64,000 bases of DNA from an uncultured delta proteobacterium. GTDB lineage: Bacteria; Desulfobacterota; Binatia; UBA9968. The notes beneath the pieces are model-generated. The model was not told the origin of the DNA and ran no database searches. It was given only the letters and a program-made list of their open reading frames with translations. The translations under genes and the position numbers were made by a program. Below, piece after piece: positions 45,914 through 53,277 of this stretch; position 1 is the stretch's first letter, and each line of letters starts with the position of its first letter. Where the stretch lies: NCBI GenBank assembly GCA_963745835.1, contig CAVUZH010000014.1, forward strand, positions 544,001 to 608,000, read 5' to 3'.

Positions 45914-46321
45914 GTGGGTCGCCGGAACGACCCGAGTTCCACGCCTGATGAAAAAGTGGCGGTCGTGGGAGGCTTTGCCCCTGTATCGCGAGAGGCCGCG
46001 CAACTTCTCTTCGTTGGCGTCTCCTACGTAGCCGCACTGATGGGATCCTATTCCCTGCAGAGCGCCTCGTACATCGTCGGTAGGCTGGGCGTTTCTACAC
46101 CGATGGTCGAAGCAGCCTGCACCTACTCGAGCGTTGCTACTGGGCCCGTCGGCATCCGAGTCGCCGGCGCCGGACTACCGGCCGTATTCGTTGGCCTGGT
46201 CATCGGGAGGAAGTGGTGGAGGCTACGCGAGCCCGGCCTGTTCTGGATGCTTGCCATCTTCGTCGGTACGTACGCAATTCTTGGCTTCGGCGTGGTCCGC
46301 GTGCCATGCACGCCCCATTGA
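45914..46321 (+). CDS. hypothetical membrane protein (cassette 2, possibly degenerate)
   Basis: three hydrophobic segments; start uncertain. Confidence 0.4.
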   Translation: MGRRNDPSSTPDEKVAVVGGFAPVSREAAQLLFVGVSYVAALMGSYSLQSASYIVGRLGVSTPMVEAACTYSSVATGPVGIRVAGAGLPAVFVGLVIGRKWWRLREPGLFWMLAIFVGTYAILGFGVVRVPCTPH

Positions 46322-46405
46322 CGCTGTTCGAGCTGGCGCTTGCCTCTAGACGCGACAAGTTCGGGAACGACGTGAGAGCGGACCCGCGGTCTCGGCAGAC
46401 TGGAA

Positions 46406-46447
46406 GCCCAACGAGGGCGCTCGCGGCTGAGCACTTGTCCGTTAGCA
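46406..46447 (+). mobile_element. attC site 2 (shortened)
   Basis: GCCCAAC...GCGGCTGAGC...GTTAGCA; left arm apparently deleted. Confidence 0.5.
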
Positions 46448-46475
46448 CTATGTAATGAACGACGTATCCTAATCC

Positions 46476-47131
46476 ATGCAGCATTCCGAGAAATGTGTTT
46501 ATTGCGGTGACAATCCGAGAATTACCGCTGATCATGTGCCGCCGAAAAGCTTTTTCCCACAACCGAGACCTTCAAATCTGATCACTGTTCCGGCCTGCCA
46601 AAAGTGTAATTCGGATGCTGGGAAGGATGAAGACTATTTTTTAGCAACTTTCATGTTCAGCGAGGCAGGAATTACTGACGCTGGCAAAACCCTTTGGAAA
46701 CAACGACTAAATCGGATGTTCCACAAAAATTTAGGTCTCAAACGAAGAATTGCGAAGGGGTTGTCTTACAGGCCGGTGGTTACACCGACGGGAATTTACT
46801 TGGGCCGCCGGATGGGATTGCAATTCGACGAACAACGGTTTGGACGTGTGGTTCAAAAAATATTCGTGGTCTTTATTACTTTGAATATGGAGAAGCCCTG
46901 GCAGCCCGGACCGAAGTAATGACATTATTTTTGAGCACGAAAGCCCGTTTTGAAACTGCTGTAGGTTACGCTAGTCAACTTGGTTGGGGGAGGCGACAGT
47001 GGCCGGGTATCTTCGAGTACCGTTGCGGTCGCGTGCCTGATGTTCCACAGGAGTCGGTCTGGCTGATGAGATGTTACACCAATGCTCATTTTTGGGCTAT
47101 ATCTGGACCAGATAAAGCGCTGGAAAAATAA
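46476..47131 (+). pseudogene. HNH-like zinc-binding protein (cassette 3), frameshifted near 46860
   Basis: CVYCG...TADHVPPK...LITVPACQKCN; continues IRGLYYFE in the adjacent frame after an A-run. Confidence 0.7.
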
Positions 47132-47132
47132 C

Positions 47133-47190
47133 GCCTAACCAATCGCTTCAGACCGATCGCTAAGAGCGCCGCCTGAGCGTGGCGTTAGAC
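47133..47190 (+). mobile_element. attC site 3
   Basis: GCCTAAC...CGCTTCAG...CTGAGCG...GTTAGAC, 58 nt, starting 2 nt after the stop codon. Confidence 0.85.
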
Positions 47191-47231
47191 GGCATTCTCT
47201 GAGAATCCACTCTCTTCAATAGGAGTAGACG

Positions 47232-48128
47232 ATGAGATTATTCAGTCGAAACGCAGGGGTGGCGATTCTATGTCTTTTGCTGGTATCCGCGACCGGATTC
47301 GCACAGGACAAGTTTTTCGATTCGAACGGGGTGCGCATTCAATATGTGGACCATGGGAGTGGAGATGCAATCGTCCTGCTTCATGGCGACGGGGGCACAC
47401 TCAACACCTGGATCGATTCGGGCGTGCTGCCAAATCTGGCACAAGATTACCGAGTCATCGCTTTTGACACCCGCGGCTCTGGCAAGAGCGGAAAGCCACG
47501 CGACGTGAAAGCCTATGGACGCGAGCAGGGCCTGGATGTCATCCGCCTGCTGAATCATCTCGGGATTCGAAGAGCACACATCATTGGTTACTCGATGGGG
47601 GCGCACACCACGGCGCAATTGTTGACGACTCATGCCGAACGGTTCATTAGCGCCACGCTCGGCGGTGCCGCCGGCAGGTTTCGGTGGACCGACGAACAGG
47701 CTGCGGGTGCGGAGCAAGAGGCGTCGGAAAGCGAGCGTGAGTGTGTGAGTCGCAGCCAGATTTACCGCCTTGCGCCCACCAATGCACCCAAGCCGGACGA
47801 GGAGGCGATCAGGCGGTTGTCAGCGGTGTGTATGGCTAATCCCAACGAAGATCGATTTGCACGGGCGGCACGGACGCGCTCACGGAAGGATTACGTCATC
47901 ACGCCCACACAGGTCGCAAGCGTGAAAGTGCCGACTCTCGGTATCGTCGGTAGTCTCGATGGATACCTGACGGATTTTCAGGAATTGAGGAAGTTGCGGC
48001 CGGAAGTGAAGCTCGTGGTCATCGATGGTGCCACGCATGGTGGGGCTCGTTGGGCGGGTCGTCGACCCGAGTTCATCGCCGCCGTTCGCGAGTTCATCGG
48101 CTCGAATCGAACTCCATCGTCGCATTGA
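47232..48128 (+). CDS. secreted alpha/beta hydrolase (cassette 4)
   Basis: signal peptide, VLLHG, DTRGSG, nucleophile GYSMG, GSLD, GATH; AGGAG RBS. Confidence 0.88.
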   Translation: MRLFSRNAGVAILCLLLVSATGFAQDKFFDSNGVRIQYVDHGSGDAIVLLHGDGGTLNTWIDSGVLPNLAQDYRVIAFDTRGSGKSGKPRDVKAYGREQGLDVIRLLNHLGIRRAHIIGYSMGAHTTAQLLTTHAERFISATLGGAAGRFRWTDEQAAGAEQEASESERECVSRSQIYRLAPTNAPKPDEEAIRRLSAVCMANPNEDRFARAARTRSRKDYVITPTQVASVKVPTLGIVGSLDGYLTDFQELRKLRPEVKLVVIDGATHGGARWAGRRPEFIAAVREFIGSNRTPSSH

Positions 48129-48135
48129 ACGAACC

Positions 48136-48202
48136 GTGTAACCACCGGCTGGAGAGTGACGCTCCGCGAGCGCAGCGGGCATCTCACCCGGACACGTTAG
48201 AC
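48136..48202 (+). mobile_element. attC site 4
   Basis: GTGTAAC...CCGGCTGGAGA...TCTCACCCGG...GTTAGAC. Confidence 0.8.
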
Positions 48203-48208
48203 GTTATC

Positions 48209-48690
48209 CTGAAAAGATGGAACGCTGTGTGTTTCTTTATTTGCTCGCCTTCTCTGCTAGTGGGATGTGGTCGAGCCGAGTACTCGGCAGAATACAATAT
48301 TCCAGACACGGAGCTCACCTTGCGAATCGACTTAAAGCAGATAAATCCGCCGCTTGCTGAGTACGAGAGGAGCCCTCGTCGTCATTCGCGCTGGATCGCT
48401 TCTTCAGAGTGTAGTGCTGACTTCCGATATAGGAGGATACAGCCTTCTCAACCTTTACAAACTGCCGAGCGGTGAGTACGTTTTGGATTATGACGGCAAT
48501 CCTGACTATCGTATTGATCCAAGAACTGGAACGGTACACGCCAAGTTGAGAGGAATACCTATAGGTGAACCGGACAGGCCACTCAGAGGAATCTATATTG
48601 GTGCGTGATTTCGACCACCACTATGTATGGCAATTTTGTCCGGCTTCGCTGCGCGCCGAACGCAAAGTTGGACTGCCTTATGCGCCGTAA
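48209..48690 (+). pseudogene. putative lipoprotein (cassette 5), two frameshifts
   Basis: lipobox LLVGC; segments LAEYER / DIGGYSLLNLY...YIGA / DFDHHYVWQF...PYAP* in three frames; final TAA abuts attC. Confidence 0.55.
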
Positions 48691-48778
48691 GTCTAACCCG
48701 CGCCTTAAGACTGATGTCGAGAATGCTCGCCTTTAAGGCTCGCTTCTTTCGCCACGGCTTAGCCGCATCGAGTTAGAC
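48691..48778 (+). mobile_element. attC site 5
   Basis: GTCTAAC...GTTAGAC, 88 nt; near-identical to attC 6 and 9. Confidence 0.9.
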
Positions 48779-48782
48779 CTCG

Positions 48783-49571
48783 ATGTCGTTCAAAGGAGGA
48801 CAAGTGACTTGTTATGCGGTACATCTCGGCGATTGTGCAGGAGGTCTCTCCAAGGAGCACTACGTGTCGGCGTCGGTTCTGGAGATCGCGGGGACGGCTG
48901 TTCAAGTTACGGGCTTTCCATGGCAACCGGGGGGTGAGACGGCGCAAATCGGTACTGCTTCGCTCGCGGCAAAAATCTTATGCAAGCATCATAACGAACA
49001 GCTCTCGCCTCTTGATTCGGTCGCGAAAGTATTTCTTTCTGGCCTGAAGGCGAGCTTTCAAGAGGCATCCGAGAATCGGTTGTCGAATAGCACGTATCAA
49101 ACTTCCGGCAGCTCCTTCGAGCTTTGGTTACTCAAAGTTCTCTGCGGATTACTGCCACTTTGGAAGGTCGCTGTCCCGCACACGTGGGTCGACATTCTTT
49201 TCCAGCGGAATCCCTGGCCCCCCGAAGCCGGGTTGCACATTTTCGGAACTCCTGGGGTTGCTAGCTGGTACTTTACACTTGTCAGGGTAATGTCGGTTAT
49301 GGCTACAGAGGACCCGAGCCGAATTGCAGGAGCGAAGTTCGGGATCGGAGGACTCGCGCTGCTTCTCGCCTTGGGCACACCTAGGTTTACCGAGCCAGGT
49401 ATGCAAGCGTTGTATAGGCCAGCAGGCTTATTAATTGAGAGAGACGGAAAACAGAATGAGCATGTGCTGTCGTGGGATGATCACGGCGCACATGGGACCA
49501 TGAACCTCCGAATAACCGGCGAGATAGCGAGCGGGGTGGGACCTCGGCCAATCGTTGAGCCGGCAGGCTAA
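48783..49571 (+). CDS. hypothetical protein with HNH-like Zn motif (cassette 6)
   Basis: CYA...C...LSKEHYVS...KILCKHHNEQLSPLD; stop TAA lies within R'' of attC 6. Confidence 0.7.
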   Translation: MSFKGGQVTCYAVHLGDCAGGLSKEHYVSASVLEIAGTAVQVTGFPWQPGGETAQIGTASLAAKILCKHHNEQLSPLDSVAKVFLSGLKASFQEASENRLSNSTYQTSGSSFELWLLKVLCGLLPLWKVAVPHTWVDILFQRNPWPPEAGLHIFGTPGVASWYFTLVRVMSVMATEDPSRIAGAKFGIGGLALLLALGTPRFTEPGMQALYRPAGLLIERDGKQNEHVLSWDDHGAHGTMNLRITGEIASGVGPRPIVEPAG

Positions 49572-49646
49572 CATGAAGACCGATGTCGAAACCGCTCGCC
49601 TTCAAGGCTCGCTTGTTCATCACGAATTAGCCGCATGGCGTTAGCT
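49566..49646 (+). mobile_element. attC site 6
   Basis: GGCTAAC...GTTAGCT; same family as attC 5 and 9, with a short deletion. Confidence 0.85.
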
Positions 49647-49649
49647 TTT

Positions 49650-50030
49650 ATGGATGACATTGCCGGTAAGATGAGAATCCCTGACTGGGAGTTCAGAGTT
49701 GTCATAGGAACGACGAAAATCGATTATGATCTAGATAAGGAATACTCGAATCGCGAGAAGCATGGCTATTCTCTTGCGAGCGCCGTTTCGCTGCTTGAGC
49801 GAATCGTGTTCCCGTTTGGAGAATCGCTACCGAGCATGACCAGCGATGGCTTCATGGAAGGAGGTGAGGTTCGCCACATGCACATGAGCGTGGATGACTC
49901 ATACAACGTAGTACTTATGGTGACGACCATGCGCGACGATGAAACCGTGAGGATCATTTCTTTTCGTCGAGCGAGTGAGGAAGAACGTGAGCAGTTCTAT
50001 CAGAACACGGGCTTTCGGGAGCGCGTATAG
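49650..50030 (+). CDS. BrnT-family (DUF497) toxin-like protein (cassette 7)
   Basis: DYDLDKEYSNREKHGYSL...VTTMRDDETVRIISFRRASEEER matches the WD..K...N..KHG / RIISARRA pattern. Confidence 0.78.
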   Translation: MDDIAGKMRIPDWEFRVVIGTTKIDYDLDKEYSNREKHGYSLASAVSLLERIVFPFGESLPSMTSDGFMEGGEVRHMHMSVDDSYNVVLMVTTMRDDETVRIISFRRASEEEREQFYQNTGFRERV

Positions 50031-50031
50031 A

Positions 50032-50116
50032 AGCTAACCCGCGCTGGAGCCGACCGCGAGATCCAGTGATAGATGGCTCAATTGTACACTAGCGGCTCAG
50101 CGGCATAACGTTAGAC
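50032..50116 (+). mobile_element. attC site 7
   Basis: AGCTAAC...GCTGGAGCCG...CGGCTCAGC...GTTAGAC; R'' AAGCTAAC complements cassette start GTTAGCTT. Confidence 0.88.
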
Positions 50117-50132
50117 TCAGGGGAGTGGCACT

Positions 50133-51014
50133 ATGCCTTTCAGCTACGTCCAATTCATGACCGAATTAATGGCCCCCAAACGTTATCCGCGGCAACCCGT
50201 TTTTGCACCACCCGGGCTGACCCCGTTACGTAAGTCGATTTCCCGATCAACCATCGGCATCTTCACCAGTGCTGGCATTCAACTTCGCAGCGATACGCCT
50301 TTGGCTGAGACCAATGACCTCTCCTACCGCCTCATTGATCGCGCCGTTCCTTACTCGGACCTAACTCTCGCCCACCAGACTCCCGTCAGGGTTTGGGCGC
50401 TGGAAGATTTAAATGTTGCGTTTCCGCGAGAACGGCTCGCCGATCTTGAAGCCGAGGGAACTATCGGCCGCTTGGCGTCGCGAGCTGTCTCCATGGTGGG
50501 CTCGATCACAACATTTACGGGGTTACTGGAAAAAGTCGTGCCTGCAATTCAACGAGAACTCGAGGACCAGGGTGTCGATCTGCTTTTTCTATTTCCTTTT
50601 TGACCCGCATATCATCGGTCCGTCGGACTGATCGCGAGAGCGCTCGAAGCAAGAGGATTGCCCACCTTGTGTATGAGCACCCTTTGGGAAAACAGCATGG
50701 CGTTTAAGCCGCCGCGCACGGTTTTTCTCGATTTTCCGCTGGGCTGCCCTGCTGGGAAACCGAATGAACCTGAATTGCAGCGCATGATCCTGCGTGCGGC
50801 TCTGGAAGCAGCACCTCTTTTTGGCGAGCCCTGGAGGATCGCGCAACTTCCTTTTCAATGGTCCGAGGACGGTAATCGGGATTGGGAAGAACGCGTTAGA
50901 GAACTCTATCGTAAAGGTTTAGGAACTGTGGAGGCCCATGTGGCCGATCATCAGGCGAAGGGCGAGTCTCTCGTCGGTCAAGAAAAGGAATTCGCAATTC
51001 GGTGTAATTGCTAA
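50133..51014 (+). CDS. GrdB/PrdB-like (glycine/D-proline reductase selenoprotein B family) protein, TGA 50601-50603 = Sec (cassette 8)
   Basis: GIFTSAG, DLNVAFPRERLADLEAEGTIG, LFPF-U-PAYHRSVGLIARALEARGLPT, PPRTVFLDFPLG; both listed ORFs in one frame, 293 aa; SECIS-like hairpin. Confidence 0.85.
50614..50632 (+). promoter_or_regulatory. SECIS-like hairpin
   Basis: ATCGGTCC-GTC-GGACTGAT; loop G is the 19th nt after TGA. Confidence 0.75.
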
Positions 51015-51048
51015 AAACCCGGGCTAAAGTCCGTTTATCAACAGACTT

Positions 51049-51130
51049 GTCTAACAATCGGCTTGAGACAGACTTTCGGACCCGCTCGGCTTTGCTCGCT
51101 GGCCGCGAACTGCTCATCCTTGCGTTAGAC
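51049..51130 (+). mobile_element. attC site 8
   Basis: GTCTAAC...GTTAGAC; similar to attC 1. Confidence 0.88.
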
Positions 51131-51171
51131 AGAGAACGGCCGTGCGGTATGCTTCCCTGAGTCGAAGGTTT

Positions 51172-51386
51172 ATGAAGAATGAGTTTACCGCGATCATCGA
51201 ACGCAATGGAGATTGGTATATCGCCTATGTCCTGAGATTCCTGGCGCAAATGGGCAGGCTCGAACCAAGGATGAAGCTCGGGAAAATTTAGCCGAAGCTA
51301 TCGAACTGATTCTTGAGGACCGGCGAGAGGATGCGCTCCGTGGAGTTCCGCCCGACGCGATTCGCGAGACCGTTACGCTCAAATGA
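51172..51386 (+). pseudogene. hicB: HicB-family antitoxin with a 1-nt deletion (cassette 9)
   Basis: MKNEFTAIIERNGDWYIAY/(C)PEIPGANGQARTKDEARENLAEAIELIL; 215 nt, one base short of 72 codons; not in the ORF track. Confidence 0.8.
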
Positions 51387-51556
51387 AACGGAGCACGCTG
51401 CTCCAGCACTTGCGCAGGCACGGCTGTTCTCACTCGTTCTGGACGAACCCAGCGAGCGGCGCCGTGGAAGCGATCCCGCGTCACACCGAGATTTCCAACC
51501 GCCTTGCCAGGAAAATTTGTCGAAGTCTTTCCATACCGCAAATTGGCGAGGAGTAA
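51383..51556 (+). CDS. hicA: HicA-family toxin with an apparent in-frame deletion (cassette 9)
   Basis: MKRSTLLQHLRRHGCSHSFWTNPASGAVEAIPRHTEISNRLARKICRSLSIP; ATGA overlap with hicB; lacks the usual LxREG segment before the His. Confidence 0.75.
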   Translation: MKRSTLLQHLRRHGCSHSFWTNPASGAVEAIPRHTEISNRLARKICRSLSIPQIGEE

Positions 51557-51561
51557 TTCCC

Positions 51562-51648
51562 GTCTAACCCGCGGCTTAAGAACGATGTCGAAACCGCTTA
51601 CCTTCAAGGCTCACTTGTTCATCACGGCTTAGCCGCAGCGCGTTATAC
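51562..51648 (+). mobile_element. attC site 9
   Basis: GTCTAAC..GCGGCTTAAG...CTTAGCCGC...GTTATAC. Confidence 0.9.
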
Positions 51649-51667
51649 GCTACTTTGATTCTTCTCT

Positions 51668-52294
51668 ATGATCCCGCTTGATTTCCTCTCCGTGTATTTC
51701 ACAGCATCGCTCTTATTGGCCCTAGCACCGGGACCCGACAACATGTTCGTTTTGACGCAAGCTGCGATTCGAGGGTGGCGTGCGGGACTGGCGATTACCA
51801 TTGGCTTGTGCACGGGTTTGTTGGTGCATACCGCCGCAGTGGCGTTCGGAGTTGCCGCAATTTTTCAAGCATCTACGGTTGCGTTCACCGGCCTCAAGTT
51901 AATCGGAGCGGCATATCTTTTGTATCTGGCATGGCAAGCTTTTCATGCTCCCGCCGAATCGCTGGAACTTACGACTGGACCGGCTATGGCGCTTTTTCCT
52001 TTGTATCGCCGCGGAATTGTCATGAACATTACCAATCCGAAAGTGTCAATTTTCTTTTTGGCCTTCTTGCCTCAGTTCGCCGATCCTTCTCGAGGATTGT
52101 TAGCATTTCAAATGATTGTCCTGGGGATCGTTTTTATGATTGCGGCGGTATTGGTTTTTACTTTTATTAGCGTGATGGCCGGTGCCATAGGGAGCCGACT
52201 ACGGAGCAGGCCATCTGTTCAGATCTACATGAATAAGATCGCAGGAGTCATATTTGCGGCGCTAGCCGTTAAACTAGCTTTTGCAAAGAGATAG
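51668..52294 (+). CDS. LysE/RhtB-family translocator (cassette 10)
   Basis: LAPGPDN, LKLIGAAYLLYLAW, NITNPKVSIFFLAFLPQF. Confidence 0.92.
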   Translation: MIPLDFLSVYFTASLLLALAPGPDNMFVLTQAAIRGWRAGLAITIGLCTGLLVHTAAVAFGVAAIFQASTVAFTGLKLIGAAYLLYLAWQAFHAPAESLELTTGPAMALFPLYRRGIVMNITNPKVSIFFLAFLPQFADPSRGLLAFQMIVLGIVFMIAAVLVFTFISVMAGAIGSRLRSRPSVQIYMNKIAGVIFAALAVKLAFAKR

Positions 52295-52295
52295 C

Positions 52296-52347
52296 GTATA
52301 ACATTCGATCGAGCCGACGAGACCGCGGGTCATCGTTAACGTTAGCC
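52296..52347 (+). mobile_element. attC site 10
   Basis: AGCGTATAAC is the exact reverse complement of cassette start GTTATACGCT; ends GTTAGCC. Confidence 0.8.
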
Positions 52348-52363
52348 GGACAAGAGACAGAAT

Positions 52364-52915
52364 GTGGAACCCCTAATTGATGCCATTCAGAGAGACCTGC
52401 TAGATCCCAAGACCCTTATCGGAGCGTTGGTTTGGGGCGTCGTGTTCATTGGTATTGCGGCCGTACTAGCGGCCGGGGTTCGCAAGTTTGCTCAGCGCGT
52501 CGAGTCACACCTGTCGGACGTTACTGGACTTCGATTTACCAGCGCATTTGCCCAGGTGGTGGTATACGTGGTGGCGTTTATCTTGTATAGCCATCTCATC
52601 CCTGAGCTGCGCACACTTGGAACAACACTTCTCACGGGCGTCGGCATCGCTTCTGTGGTTCTTGGTCTTGCTGCCCAGAATACGCTGGGCAATCTGGTCG
52701 CAGGAGTATCGCTGGTGCTTTACAGGCCCATCCGAATAGGCGACAACCTGCAGCTGAATACTCCAAGGGGGCTAACGACTGCGACTGTGGGGGTGATCTC
52801 TCTCGGTTATACTGTTCTTCGTGATGCTGACAGCCACGAGATAATTGTCCCTAACAGCGTGATGGGTAGCAGCGTAGTCATTCGGCTCAGTGGATATTCC
52901 AATACCGCCGGCTAA
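52364..52915 (+). CDS. small MscS-family mechanosensitive channel protein (cassette 11)
   Basis: GLAAQNTLGNLVAG, RPIRIGD, IIVPNS; stop lies within R'' of attC 11. Confidence 0.85.
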   Translation: MEPLIDAIQRDLLDPKTLIGALVWGVVFIGIAAVLAAGVRKFAQRVESHLSDVTGLRFTSAFAQVVVYVVAFILYSHLIPELRTLGTTLLTGVGIASVVLGLAAQNTLGNLVAGVSLVLYRPIRIGDNLQLNTPRGLTTATVGVISLGYTVLRDADSHEIIVPNSVMGSSVVIRLSGYSNTAG

Positions 52916-52980
52916 TAAGGCGCTGCAGCTGACGGCCAACCCGCTACGCGGCATGTCCGCAGCTGACTTGATCGTTTACG
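52910..52980 (+). mobile_element. attC site 11 (degenerate right end)
   Basis: CCGGCTAAT complements cassette start GTTAGCCGG; GCGCTGCAGCTGAC...GCAGCTGA; ends GTTTACG. Confidence 0.7.
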
Positions 52981-53061
52981 CGGACGTGAACAATAGTGAA
53001 CGAGAGTACATTGGAGAGGTGTCTTCATTGTTGGCGGGAAACGCCGTCAGCTCGCGCCGCT

Positions 53062-53224
53062 TTCCGTCATTGGCAAGGCAATCGAAGACGGACGCTGTTC
53101 AAAAGACAACGAAGACTACCGCCACTTCGAGCTGCTGTTTGGCGAAGTGGAAGCGCGCCACTCCCTCACCATGTTCGCCTATGTCTTGACGCCTAATCAT
53201 CTCCATCAACTAAACAAAGCCTGA
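53062..53224 (+). pseudogene. fragment of an HUH (Y1/RAYT, IS200-like) transposase
   Basis: QGNRRRTLFK/DNEDYRHF...LTMFAYVLTPNHLHQL across one frameshift; HUH motif NHLH. Confidence 0.65.
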
Positions 53225-53277
53225 CAAGGATCTCCTGCGGATCTCCGCTTCTTGATTAGATCCAGAGAGAAAGACCG

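Larger units (their letters stand above)
44663..52980 (+). mobile_element. integron gene-cassette array, ~11 cassettes, no intact intI (CALIN)
   Basis: 11 RYYYAAC...GTTRRRY-type palindromic sites between co-oriented genes; in most cassettes the 5' GTT core is complementary to the cassette's own 3' R'' box; stop codons abut or overlap R''. Confidence 0.9.

Noticed and set aside
48606-48608. TGA in cassette 5 considered as a third selenocysteine
   Set aside because: The protein-like continuation (DFDHHYVWQF...) is in a different frame, there is no Cys-type motif and no CC-GTY-GG hairpin; a frameshift explains it better.
44663-52980. Recurring intergenic repeats considered as a CRISPR array
   Set aside because: Units are 42-88 nt, divergent and separated by whole genes; they fit attC structure, and no cas genes are present.
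52890-53189. 99-aa ORF containing ANKALQLTANP
   Set aside because: This is the translation of attC 11, a typical spurious attC-derived peptide.
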